Positions 27,110 through 36,559 of a stretch of DNA of 52,323 bases are shown here, piece after piece (the stretch's first letter is position 1; each line of letters starts with the position of its first letter). The notes under the pieces are model-generated. The model saw only the letters and a list, made by a program, of their open reading frames with translations, did not search any database and was not told where the DNA came from. Where the stretch lies: positions 1 to 52,323 of the forward strand of contig CAJXXI010000001.1 in NCBI GenBank assembly GCA_913062615.1, read 5' to 3'. The position numbers and the translations under genes were made by a program. Origin of the DNA: an uncultured bacterium. GTDB taxonomy: Bacteria > Planctomycetota > Phycisphaerae > Phycisphaerales > UBA1924.

Positions 27110-28021
27110 ATGAGGCAGACACAGATTGTCTGGTTGGGAATGTCCCTTTTTGCCGGTTTTTTGATGGTGGGTTGCGGCAGCGATCAGCCTCGGACTGAAA
27201 ATGAGACCGAATACTATACAGATCAGTCTCGCGCAGTCTTTGCGCCAGAACCCGAATCAACGCCAGTTGATCCGTCCGATCGTAAGTCTTGGGAGCAAGA
27301 TATTGATAACTCGGTGCTGAATCACCCACAAACCGGTGGGTGGTCGATTGTGCTGACCACGGTTGGGCAGGGCGGCCCGGCCCGGGCCCAGGAGATGCTT
27401 CGGGTTATTCATGACGAGGCCGGGCTTACTGGGGCGTATGTTGATCAGCGTTCGACGGGGTTGGTGATTGCGTACGGCGATTATCTCGCGAAGACCGATC
27501 CCAAAGCAATCAAGGATTTGAAGCGGGTGAAGGGGATTGATTTAATGGGGGTGAAGTTGTTTGAGGGGGCAATTATTATGCCTCCGACGGGCGATTCTTT
27601 GCGTGGTACGAACCAGTCGTATGATTTGCGATCGGTGAAGGCGCGGTTTGGTGATCGGGCGGTGTACACGCTTCAGATCGGGATTTATGGTCGATCCGAC
27701 TATCAGATGTCGAGCGGCGAGGACTTGGCTGCGTACCGAAAAGCGGCTGAGGAGGCGGTGCGTGTGCTTCGATCGCAGGATGTCATGGCGTTTTATTATC
27801 ATGCACCTGCCCGCTCGATGGTGACCGTTGGGGTGTTCGGTGAGCGGGACTTTGATGCGACGACACGCCCGCCAACACAGTCTTTGGCGTTGCGCACGAT
27901 GCGCGAGCAGTTCCCTAATAACCTGCTCAATGGGCAGGGGATCAATGAGACTGTGCGGACCGAGAGTGGGCGGATCACTCGGCTTCAATCGAGCCAGCTT
28001 GTGGGGATTCCTGAGAACTGA
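27110..28021 (+). CDS. Lipoprotein with two SPOR-like (peptidoglycan-binding) repeats
   Basis: It has a lipobox (MRQTQIVWLGMSLFAGFLMVGC). There are two beta-alpha-beta-beta-alpha-beta-like units (WSIVLTTVGQGGPARAQEMLRVIHDEAGLTGAYV...GLVIAYGDY and YTLQIGIYGRSD...AAYRKAAEEAVRVLRSQDVMAFYYH...MVTVGVFG). The SPOR assignment is by resemblance only. Confidence 0.45.
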   Translation: MRQTQIVWLGMSLFAGFLMVGCGSDQPRTENETEYYTDQSRAVFAPEPESTPVDPSDRKSWEQDIDNSVLNHPQTGGWSIVLTTVGQGGPARAQEMLRVIHDEAGLTGAYVDQRSTGLVIAYGDYLAKTDPKAIKDLKRVKGIDLMGVKLFEGAIIMPPTGDSLRGTNQSYDLRSVKARFGDRAVYTLQIGIYGRSDYQMSSGEDLAAYRKAAEEAVRVLRSQDVMAFYYHAPARSMVTVGVFGERDFDATTRPPTQSLALRTMREQFPNNLLNGQGINETVRTESGRITRLQSSQLVGIPEN

Positions 28022-28048
28022 GCGAAGATACAAGATGTTGAGTTGAGG

Positions 28049-28666
28049 CTATGGGTTAGTGAAACCTTGGATCCAGAGCGGTTCGATGTGGGTGGCGACC
28101 CAGTCGGTTGATTCTGGGTTTGGTTTAGTCCATTCGATTAACCACCAGCTTGATGGTGGGACCATGTCGGCTTTGACCTTGATTTTGATGTGGGTGCGGG
28201 CGATGAGCGGGCCATCGATCCCAGCACGGACCTCTTTGGTGGATGCGGACTCGATCATCGGGGCTGCTCGCGAGACAGCGAGGGTGATGATGCGTTCTTT
28301 GCCGACCTGGGTGACGAAACTGGCATTGATGCGGACCTGATCCGCGAGCAGATTGCCCAGGGCTTGTTGGTCTCCGGTGGATGCTGCTTGGACGAGCTGG
28401 GCACTGCGGGCTTTGAGGTGCTCGCGATCGGTGGTGATGAGTTGGCCTATAAGCAGCACACCGGCTGCGAGCAAGAGGGTGAATCCGAGTGTTGGCAGCC
28501 CGATGCGTGTGTTGTTTTTGGTATGCCTGAGCGAGCCAAAGACGATGATGCCGATGGCGAAGCATGAGAGGGCGAGAGGCAAGGGTGATTCGAGAATCCA
28601 GTGCTCGATCAGGCCCGGTTCGGGGAGCTGAGGCAGATTCTGAGGCTCGAAGAGTGCGCTTTGCAT
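28049..28666 (-). CDS. Hypothetical two-TM membrane protein with an NTF2-like soluble domain
   Basis: 205 aa ORF. The TMs are LPLALSCFAIGIIVFGSL and LGFTLLLAAGVLLIGQLI. GDQQALGNLLADQVRI is reminiscent of SnoaL/NTF2-like folds. Confidence 0.45.
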   Translation of the reverse strand: MQSALFEPQNLPQLPEPGLIEHWILESPLPLALSCFAIGIIVFGSLRHTKNNTRIGLPTLGFTLLLAAGVLLIGQLITTDREHLKARSAQLVQAASTGDQQALGNLLADQVRINASFVTQVGKERIITLAVSRAAPMIESASTKEVRAGIDGPLIARTHIKIKVKADMVPPSSWWLIEWTKPNPESTDWVATHIEPLWIQGFTNP

Positions 28667-28833
28667 AATGACTCGATTCTGAGTGGGTGTTCGTGTTGGT
28701 ATTCGTGCGCCAATGGGTGTTCGGTTCCATCAATTATGGAGCCTAGGCATCAGAAAGACCGATAACACAAGGGAATATAGACGCTGGGGAGGCGGTGCGC
28801 CCACAGCGAAACAGTGATGAACTGGAGAACCCT

Positions 28834-31800
28834 ATGGATTTCGATTTGCACAACGCTTTGAACGATGACTGGATTGCACAGCTCGGTGGAGCAGACAACC
28901 CTCACACCAATAGCGTGTTTGAAAAAAACATGGCAGCACTTGGGATCAAGAACCCGCGGGCTGCTCAATCGATTATCAATGCGATGCCCAATGGTGGGCT
29001 GCGGTTTATGCAGACCGACGAGGGGGTTGAGAGCGTTGAGCTCGACGGGATCGCGTTGGCGTCTAAGCGCAAGCCGATGCAAGAAGCCAAGCGATTCGCG
29101 GAGCGGTTTGATCCCAGTGAGGTTGCGTGCTGTGCGGTTGTTGGGTTCGGGATGGGGTATCACTGCGGCACGCTGCTCGAACGGCTTGGGACATGCGGGA
29201 TCATCATTTGCTTTGAGCCTGATGTGGGGTTGCTCCGCGCGGTGTTCGAGCGGGTTGATTATTCAAAGATGATCGAGACCGAGCGGTTTTATTTGGTGAC
29301 TGATGTGGACGACCCGGCTGCGTTGACACAGATATTTGAGGGGATCGAAGCGGTGATCGGGTTGGGTGTTGAGATTCTAAGCCATCCGCCGAGTGTTCAG
29401 CGGATCGGTGATGCGAGCGGACGGTTCGGGCGGGTGTTCGGAGATGTGCTCAAGGCTACGCGAACACATGTGATCACGACGCTTGCCAATTCGCAGGTAA
29501 GTTTCCGTAATGCGATGATGAACCTGGATTATTATGCGACGAGCGCGGGGGTTGAATCGCTCAAGGACGTGTGCAAGGGCAAGCCCGCGGTGGTGGTGTC
29601 GGCGGGCCCGAGCCTGGGCCGAAACCTGGATGTATTGTGCGATCCAAACGTGCGTAAATCGGTTGTGGTGATCGCGGCGCAGACCGTACTCAAGCAGATG
29701 CTCGCGTTGGGAATCAAGCCCGACTTTGTGGCTGCGTTGGATTATCACGAGATCAGCAAACGGTTTTATGAGGGGATCAGCGCCGAGGATGTCGAGGGGG
29801 TCCGGTTGATTGTCGAAGCCAAGGCGAACCCGGCGATTCTCAACGCGTTCCCCGGTGAGGTGCTGTGCGTTTGGGATGATCTGCTTGACAACCTGCTCGG
29901 CGAAGAGCTGACACGAGAGATGGGCCGGCTGACAATGGGCGGCACAGTGGCGCACCTGTGCTACTACTTTGCTCGATACCTTGGGTGCGATCCGGTGATC
30001 TTCATCGGGCAAGACCTTGGGTTCACCGATGGGCAGTATTACTCGGCGGGCGCAGCGATCCATCAGGTGTGGTCGGGCGAACTCAATGCGCACAACACAC
30101 TCGAGATGATGGAGTGGCAGCGGATCGTGCGGATGAAGGGGTTGCTCCAAAAAAGGACAGACATCCACGGGCGATCGATCTACCTTGACGAACAGATGGG
30201 CGCATACCTCTCGCAGTTTGAATCGCAGTTTCAGCAGGATTCGGCGAGCGGTTTGATTGTGATCGATGCAAGCGAGGGCGGGGTGCGCAAGCTGCACACG
30301 ACCGTGATGACGCTCGTGCAGGCGATCGAAATCTATGGGCAGGGCGGGGAGGTGCGTGTGCCTGCGACTGTTCATCTTCGCAATGAAGACGCTGAACGAA
30401 CAAAGCAGATTCATAATCGGCTCGATTCGGTCATCGAAGACAGCGAGCGCATTGTGTATTTGAGCGAGGAAACGATCGGCGTGCTCAAAGCCATGCTCAA
30501 GGTTCAGAGCGATCAGCCGAAGGTGAACAAGCTGATTCATAAAGTGGAAGCAATCCGTGATCGGGTGGTTGTGATGGATGCAGCATTCAGATTGACCCAA
30601 GCGGTGAATCAGATTGGGGTGCTCAACCGGATGAAGCATGATCGATCGATCGAGATGAAGCCCGGCGAGACTGCGCTCGATCGCCAACGATTGCAGATCG
30701 AGCGGGATATTACCAATGTCGAGTGGACGCGCGATGCTGCCAAGGCGGTAGCTGAACAGTTGATCGCTGGGCGCGATGTGTTCCTCGGGTTGGCTACGAA
30801 AGAAACCAACGATCTGCGAGACGCTCAGCAAAGATCAGAAGCACAAGATGGGCAGGTGAGTCGAAAGGCGGTTGTTCATGCAGTGGTGATGGCTGATCCA
30901 GAGTTTGGTGGATTGGGAACCAAGCGCGATCTGGGAGCCATAATCAGCCAAGGGATGAATGCCCTCGAGCTGACCATCGCTCGGCTCGGTCGTGCATCGC
31001 AGCTCGATGGGATCACGATTGTCACGCCTGATCCGGATGCGATCCGCTGTTTGATCGGGGCGACACACACAAGCATGCCGAACATGTTGAACATGCCGAT
31101 CATTATCGCTGGTGTTGATCGTCAGCGGTTCCGCGACCGGGCAGCACGCAACGGCAGCGCGCGGGTGCAGTCGAGCGAGTGCTGGCGTGGATCGATCGGG
31201 ATGCTCAGTGTATATGACGAACAACTCCACCCCGCGTTGCTTGGTGAAGTGATGCACGAGCACGCGATTGATGCGTGCGCGATTGTCGGCGCGGATTGGG
31301 CGATGATTGATCCTGATTTAGTCAACGAGACCGTGCAGCGGTATCGGTGCCAGGACGAAGAAAAAAGGATGGCGTTCTCGCAGGCTGTGCCCGGGATTGG
31401 GACGATGGTGGTTGATCGGGCGACGGTTGATTCGTTGGCCAAGTCGATGACAGGCTCGTTGAATACTGAGCGGTCGGGGCGGAATCACTTTGCGACACTC
31501 GGTGCGTTGGTGGGGGATATCCCGACGGTGCCTCAGTTTGATCCGATCGCGAAGGGGATGTGTGTCGAGGTTGATCCGGCGGTGCGTGATGCAGGCGTTC
31601 GGGTGATGGCTGATACATCGAATCGGTCGGCGATGATGCGTGAGGCGTATCAGTCGATCGGTGGCTCTGCGGTGGAAGCGGATGCATTGCAATGTGTGGC
31701 CGGGTTCGGTGGGGCAACGAAACGATTGGGCCGCGTATGTCCGCGGACGATCGTGCTTGAGACCTGCACCGGGCGATTGGTCGGCGGCCAATGGGGAACA

Positions 31801-32562
31801 TGGAATCGAAACTCGATCGAGCCGATCGAACGCCAGGTGCTCTCGCTTGAGCGGGCCCATGCCTTGCTCCAGAGCGCGGGCGCGTTGCGCGAAGATGTTG
31901 CGGTGGTCTTTGATGGTGTGGGTGATCCATTGATGCACCCGCAGGCGTTGGCGTTCGCGCAGCTCGCCAAAGAAGACGGGATCGCGTGCGTCGAGCTTCG
32001 GACCGACTTTGGACGCGATGGGATTGATGGTGCCGAGCTGCTCGAGTCCGGGATTGATGTGCTTTCGGTTGATGTGCTCGCGGAGAACAACCAGGCGTAT
32101 GCTGCGATTACCGGCCAGGATCGGTTCGGTGATGTGTACGCTCAGATACAGTCGGTGTTCGATGCGATGCACGCGGACCAGGGGCATTCGCTGTGGTTTG
32201 TACCTCGGCTGACGCGGTGCGATGCGGCGTATGAGGATATTGAGCAGTTCTTTGATAAGTGGTTGATGATCTGCGGCAGCGCGGTGATTGATCCGATGCC
32301 TAGTGCGATCAAGACTCAACGAATTCAGCAGCTTCCGATCCCGAGCGATCGCCAACGCCAACTCGATCGTTCGACGATGTATATTCAATGCGACGGCGTG
32401 GTTATTGATCGCCATGGCGAGGCGATCGGGAGTCATGGGCGTGTGATTAACGCATTCGATCTTGGGATCGAGCAAGCGTATCAGCAGGCGTGCAGCGCGA
32501 TGCGATCTTCACAGATTGAGCCCAAAGCCGGTGTGTCGACCACAGAAGAACACGCAGCGTAA
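28834..32562 (+). CDS. Motility-accessory-factor (Maf, DUF115/MptE-like) family putative glycan transferase, fused to a nucleotidyltransferase-like domain and a Cys-less radical-SAM-like domain
   Basis: GGAGAA lies upstream of the ATG at 28834. The Maf-type N-terminus is FEKNMAALGIKNPRAAQSI. The DUF115 core is KGKPAVVVSAGPSLGRNLDVL...GIKPDFVAALDYHE...GGTVAHLCYYFARYLGCDPVIFIGQDLGF. The C-terminal ~570 aa are described in the findings. Confidence 0.75.
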   Translation: MDFDLHNALNDDWIAQLGGADNPHTNSVFEKNMAALGIKNPRAAQSIINAMPNGGLRFMQTDEGVESVELDGIALASKRKPMQEAKRFAERFDPSEVACCAVVGFGMGYHCGTLLERLGTCGIIICFEPDVGLLRAVFERVDYSKMIETERFYLVTDVDDPAALTQIFEGIEAVIGLGVEILSHPPSVQRIGDASGRFGRVFGDVLKATRTHVITTLANSQVSFRNAMMNLDYYATSAGVESLKDVCKGKPAVVVSAGPSLGRNLDVLCDPNVRKSVVVIAAQTVLKQMLALGIKPDFVAALDYHEISKRFYEGISAEDVEGVRLIVEAKANPAILNAFPGEVLCVWDDLLDNLLGEELTREMGRLTMGGTVAHLCYYFARYLGCDPVIFIGQDLGFTDGQYYSAGAAIHQVWSGELNAHNTLEMMEWQRIVRMKGLLQKRTDIHGRSIYLDEQMGAYLSQFESQFQQDSASGLIVIDASEGGVRKLHTTVMTLVQAIEIYGQGGEVRVPATVHLRNEDAERTKQIHNRLDSVIEDSERIVYLSEETIGVLKAMLKVQSDQPKVNKLIHKVEAIRDRVVVMDAAFRLTQAVNQIGVLNRMKHDRSIEMKPGETALDRQRLQIERDITNVEWTRDAAKAVAEQLIAGRDVFLGLATKETNDLRDAQQRSEAQDGQVSRKAVVHAVVMADPEFGGLGTKRDLGAIISQGMNALELTIARLGRASQLDGITIVTPDPDAIRCLIGATHTSMPNMLNMPIIIAGVDRQRFRDRAARNGSARVQSSECWRGSIGMLSVYDEQLHPALLGEVMHEHAIDACAIVGADWAMIDPDLVNETVQRYRCQDEEKRMAFSQAVPGIGTMVVDRATVDSLAKSMTGSLNTERSGRNHFATLGALVGDIPTVPQFDPIAKGMCVEVDPAVRDAGVRVMADTSNRSAMMREAYQSIGGSAVEADALQCVAGFGGATKRLGRVCPRTIVLETCTGRLVGGQWGTWNRNSIEPIERQVLSLERAHALLQSAGALREDVAVVFDGVGDPLMHPQALAFAQLAKEDGIACVELRTDFGRDGIDGAELLESGIDVLSVDVLAENNQAYAAITGQDRFGDVYAQIQSVFDAMHADQGHSLWFVPRLTRCDAAYEDIEQFFDKWLMICGSAVIDPMPSAIKTQRIQQLPIPSDRQRQLDRSTMYIQCDGVVIDRHGEAIGSHGRVINAFDLGIEQAYQQACSAMRSSQIEPKAGVSTTEEHAA

Positions 32563-32576
32563 GCAAAGGAATATCC

Positions 32577-33305
32577 ATGGAAACAAATGCGCTGGCGATT
32601 ATTTTGGCGAGGGCAGGCTCGAAAGGGTTGCCCAGCAAGAACCATGCGCTTGTTGGCGGGTTGCCTTGTGTGCAGTGGACGATTGAAGCAGCAAAGAACG
32701 CAAAGTGTGTCGGGCGGGTTGTGGTGTCGTCGGATGATGCGGATGTCAACGAGTGTGCTCGTAATCTAGGTTGTGTGATTGTTTATCGGCCTGCGGAACT
32801 CGCTCACGATACGGCGACGATTGATGATGCCGCGAGGCATGCGTACGAAGAAGTTGGCTCGCCAAATTGCCCTGTCATTATTCTGTACGCCAATGTGCCC
32901 GTGCGTCCAGAGTCATTGATCGATGATGCGGTGAAGATGTTGGTTGACTCAGGCTGTGATAGCGTGCAGAGTTATGCGGCGGTCGGCAAGCATCATCCGT
33001 GGTGGACAGTGAAGGTTGATGAGTCAGGGGCGGTATCGGCTTGGGAAGGCGATGTGTTGTATCACAACTGTTTCCGTCGTCAGGATCTACCAAGCGCACA
33101 AGTGCCCGATGGCGGCGTGATCGCGTTGACTCCTGATGCGTTGATGAATCGGGTAAATGCTGCTGATGGCCCCCACTGTTTTCTGGGGAATGATCGGCGA
33201 GGGATTATTACGAGCGAGGGCGATGTGATCGATATTGATTCGCGGATTGATCAAATAGTCGCAGATGCGATTTTGAAAGAAAGAACTGTTCATGCAGATC
33301 GGTGA
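32577..33305 (+). CDS. neuA: Acylneuraminate (nonulosonate) cytidylyltransferase, CMP-sugar synthetase
   Basis: It has LAIILARAGSKGLPSKNHALVGGLPCVQWTIEAA. AAGGA lies 8 nt upstream. I cannot distinguish Neu, Leg or Pse specificity by eye. Confidence 0.8.
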   Translation: METNALAIILARAGSKGLPSKNHALVGGLPCVQWTIEAAKNAKCVGRVVVSSDDADVNECARNLGCVIVYRPAELAHDTATIDDAARHAYEEVGSPNCPVIILYANVPVRPESLIDDAVKMLVDSGCDSVQSYAAVGKHHPWWTVKVDESGAVSAWEGDVLYHNCFRRQDLPSAQVPDGGVIALTPDALMNRVNAADGPHCFLGNDRRGIITSEGDVIDIDSRIDQIVADAILKERTVHADR

Positions 33306-34332
33306 TCGAAAAATTGGCATGAATCATCGGCCTTACATCATCGCCGAGATTGGTGTAAACCATGACGGCGAGGTGGCGCGTGCGTTGGAGTTGACCGACG
33401 CCGCGGCTGATGCAGGGGCAGACGCGGTGAAGCTTCAGTTCTTTGAGACCGATCGGTTGATGAGCAAGGCGGCCAAGCTGGCGGCGTATCAGAAGAACGC
33501 TGGCGAGACGGATCCGATCGAGATGCTCAAGCGATTAGAGCTGACGATCGACGAGATGGCGTTGGTGGTTGATCGGGCTCATGAGCGCGGGATTCATGCG
33601 ATCGTGACGGTGTTTAGTATGGAGTTGGTGGAGGCAGCTGAGACTTTGGCGTGGGACGCGTACAAGACGGCGAGCCCGGACATTGTGAATCGGCCTTTGT
33701 TGGAAGTGTTGATGGCGACTGGCAAGCCGATGATTGTGAGTACGGGGGCGAGTGAGCTTGATGAGGTTGTGCGAGCGGTTGGGTGGCTTGATGATGCGCG
33801 GGATCGGTTGGCGGTGTTGCAATGTGTGAGTTGTTATCCGGCACCAGATCCAGCTCTCGCAGGAATCCCGGTCATTCGTGACACAACAGGCTTGCCTACA
33901 GGATACAGCGATCATACATCGAATCCGGCTACTGGTCAGATGGCAGTTCGAACCGGTGCATGTATATTAGAGAAGCACCTTACCTATGACATACATGCGG
34001 CAGGTCCTGACCACTCCGCTTCATTTGAAATTAGCTTTTTCAAGTGTTACACAAGCACAGCCCGTCGGGTTGAATGGGTTCACAATACGATCGGGGAGAA
34101 AACAGTCCTCGACTGCGAACGCGATGTGCGGGAAGTCTCGCGGCAATCAGTGGTCAGTGCATGCGATATCACATTGGGCACCACGATCACGCGAGAGATG
34201 CTGACGATCAAACGCCCGGGCACCGGGATATTGGGCTTTGAGATTGATACAGTCGTTGGCCGAGTCGCAACGCGTGCGGTCGAGGCGGATGTGCCGATTG
34301 TGGAAGAGGACCTTGAATGTCAGACGAGTTGA
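33292..34332 (+). CDS. neuB: N-acetylneuraminate (nonulosonate) synthase with a C-terminal SAF domain
   Basis: It has IGDRKIGMNHRPYIIAEIGVNHDGEVARALELTDAAADAGADAVKLQ, VSTGAS, YSDHT and an SAF-like tail. It overlaps neuA by 14 nt. Confidence 0.85.
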   Translation: MQIGDRKIGMNHRPYIIAEIGVNHDGEVARALELTDAAADAGADAVKLQFFETDRLMSKAAKLAAYQKNAGETDPIEMLKRLELTIDEMALVVDRAHERGIHAIVTVFSMELVEAAETLAWDAYKTASPDIVNRPLLEVLMATGKPMIVSTGASELDEVVRAVGWLDDARDRLAVLQCVSCYPAPDPALAGIPVIRDTTGLPTGYSDHTSNPATGQMAVRTGACILEKHLTYDIHAAGPDHSASFEISFFKCYTSTARRVEWVHNTIGEKTVLDCERDVREVSRQSVVSACDITLGTTITREMLTIKRPGTGILGFEIDTVVGRVATRAVEADVPIVEEDLECQTS

Positions 34333-35450
34333 AGAAGATCATGATTGTGACCGGGACTCGGGCTGAGTTCGGGCTCTTAAGGCCGGTCATGTATGCGGTG
34401 CATGCTCAAGAACAATGCGAGCTTCGGATTATTGTTGCGGGTTCGCATTTGGTCCAGCCGGCGGTGACTTTTCGTGAAGTGAAGGCCGAGTTCGGGATCG
34501 CCGACACGATCCCGATGCAGACGGCCGGGCAGGTTGGGCGATTGGCTGATGTTGAATCACTCGGCAAAGGAATCTCGCGGTTTGGGCGATCGCTGGAGAT
34601 GAATGATCCGGATTGTGTGGTTGTGCTCGGGGATCGGATCGAGGCGTTCGCCGCGGCGAGTGCGGCGAGCATCGGCGGGTATCCGCTTGTGCATATTCAT
34701 GGCGGCGATCGCGCGGAAGGGGTCGCTGACGAAGCGATGCGCCATGCGATTACAAAGCTGGCCAATATCCATTTTCCTGCGACCCAAACCAGCGCGGATC
34801 GGATCATCAAGATGGGTGAAGACCCAGCAAGCGTGCATGTGGTCGGGTCGTCTTCGATTGATGGGCTTGATGAAATTCCAGCGATGGGCGACGGGGCGTT
34901 TGCGGAGCTTGGATCGCCTGAGGTTGTGGTGCTGATGCATCCGATCGGGCGCGGGGATGCTGACGAACAGGCTGTGATGGAGTTGGTTTTCAAGGCGTTT
35001 GAAGACAAGAAGGTGCTGGTGCTGCATCCGAACCTTGATCCTGGTCGGCGTGGGATTATGGCGGCGATTGAGTCGGCGCCGATTGATGTGCAGGTGGTGC
35101 CTCAGCTGGTACGGACGCAGTTTGTTGGGTTGCTCAAGCGGATCGGTGCAGCCGGCGGCGCGTTGGTTGGGAACTCATCAGCCGGGCTGATCGAGTGCAG
35201 TGCGATCGGGTGTCCGAGTGTGGATATCGGCGATCGACAATCTGGGCGCGAGCGCTGTGTTGGGTGGACGAGCCATGGCGATGAAGATACCCACTCGATC
35301 CGGGGGGCATTCGACACCATCACGCATTCGGACTGTGTGCGATCGGCGCACCCTTATGGCGACGGGCACACGGGCGAGCGGATCGCGAAGATTCTTGCCT
35401 CGACTGACTTCTCAACATCGAGTTTGATCCGCAAACAGTGTTCGTATTAA
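34317..35450 (+). CDS. neuC: UDP-N-acetylglucosamine 2-epimerase (hydrolysing), NeuC/LegG type
   Basis: It has KIMIVTGTRAEFGLLRPVM, VVVLGDRIEAFAAA, HIHGGDRAEGVADEAMRHAITKLANIHF and GNSSAGLIE. It overlaps neuB by 16 nt. Confidence 0.85.
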   Translation: MSDELKKIMIVTGTRAEFGLLRPVMYAVHAQEQCELRIIVAGSHLVQPAVTFREVKAEFGIADTIPMQTAGQVGRLADVESLGKGISRFGRSLEMNDPDCVVVLGDRIEAFAAASAASIGGYPLVHIHGGDRAEGVADEAMRHAITKLANIHFPATQTSADRIIKMGEDPASVHVVGSSSIDGLDEIPAMGDGAFAELGSPEVVVLMHPIGRGDADEQAVMELVFKAFEDKKVLVLHPNLDPGRRGIMAAIESAPIDVQVVPQLVRTQFVGLLKRIGAAGGALVGNSSAGLIECSAIGCPSVDIGDRQSGRERCVGWTSHGDEDTHSIRGAFDTITHSDCVRSAHPYGDGHTGERIAKILASTDFSTSSLIRKQCSY

Positions 35451-35614
35451 ATCAATAGTTTTGCATAGTCCATGCGGGTTATCACTGAGTTTTGCGTGGT
35501 TTTCGTGTACGCGAGGATGATTGTGACTCGATTGTCGGATGCGGGCGAAAGTTAGGGGTGTGGTGTGTCGATGAGCTTTATGGAAACATACCACCCAAAG
35601 CTCGGGAGCGAAGA

Positions 35615-36493
35615 ATGACGACTACTCAAGAACAGCGTGAACAAGCGGTTGCGAATGCACTCAAAGAAATCTCGCACATCGCGACGCTCCCTGAAGTCAC
35701 ACTCAAGATTATTGAACTTGTCGAAGATCCATCGAGCTCTGCTCAGGATCTCCATGAGGTGATCAGTAATGACCCAGCGTTGTGTTCGCGGATTCTGAAG
35801 GTGGTGAACTCTTCGTTCTATGGGCTTCCTGGCCAGATCGCTTCGATCAACCGAGCGATTGTGATGCTCGGGCTCAACGCGGTCAAGAACATCGCGATCG
35901 CAGCCTCGCTTACGAAGTTGTTCCGTGGCGGCGAGCTCACTCCATTCTTTAGTGCCAAAGAGCTTTGGGATCATTCGAACACGGTCGCGATCGCATGCAA
36001 GATGATCTCTGATCGTTTGGGCATGGGTCTTGGTGACGAGGCGTACCTTGCTGGGCTGATCCACGACATCGGGATTATGGTTGAGATGCAGTATGATCGC
36101 TCGATCCTGATCGACGCTCTTGATCGTTGTAATGCAGATCCATCGGGCAAGCCGAGTGTTTCGTTGCTCGAAACAGAAGAAGAAATGTATGGAGCGAACC
36201 ATCAGGACTTTGGCAAGGGGCTTTGTGAGAAATGGAAGTTCCCTGCACCGTTCGTTGCCGCTGCAGGTTTCCATCATAATCCAACCGAAGCACCATCAGA
36301 AGCCCGCAAGATTGTGTACATCGTGCATGCTGCGGACAAGATCACAGCAATGATCGATGGCGGGTTCAGGCTCGATAATCCAGAGGCTGTGATTCACAAA
36401 GAAGTCATGGAAGATTTGAATCTTACCGATGAGATCGTTCTCGACTTAATCGATAAGGTGATCGAAGCAATCAACGAAACTGATGTGGTCTAA
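35615..36493 (+). CDS. HDOD domain-containing signalling protein
   Basis: It has LPEVTLKIIELVEDPSSSAQDLHEVISNDPALCSRILKVVNSSFYGLPGQIASINRAIVMLGLNAVKNIA and LAGLIHDIG. The start is at MTTTQEQ, with GGGAGCGAAGA upstream. Confidence 0.85.
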   Translation: MTTTQEQREQAVANALKEISHIATLPEVTLKIIELVEDPSSSAQDLHEVISNDPALCSRILKVVNSSFYGLPGQIASINRAIVMLGLNAVKNIAIAASLTKLFRGGELTPFFSAKELWDHSNTVAIACKMISDRLGMGLGDEAYLAGLIHDIGIMVEMQYDRSILIDALDRCNADPSGKPSVSLLETEEEMYGANHQDFGKGLCEKWKFPAPFVAAAGFHHNPTEAPSEARKIVYIVHAADKITAMIDGGFRLDNPEAVIHKEVMEDLNLTDEIVLDLIDKVIEAINETDVV

Positions 36494-36519
36494 GGCTGGC
36501 ATCACAAATAGATAGAGGT

Positions 36520-36559
36520 CGGCCGATTGTCCAAAGGATGATCGGCCGGTTTTATTTTT
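36520..36559 (+). terminator. Rho-independent terminator after the HDOD gene, shared with the convergent surE
   Basis: CGGCCGAT (36520-27) pairs with ATCGGCCG (36541-48), followed by GTTTTATTTTT. Confidence 0.8.

Noticed and set aside
29377-30831. A 484-aa minus-strand ORF, and a 385-aa one at 31318..32475, antisense to the Maf gene
   Set aside because: They are Arg/His/Pro-rich and low in complexity, as is typical of antisense frames in GC-rich coding DNA. They have no recognisable motifs, whereas the plus-strand frame carries clear DUF115 and other domain signatures.
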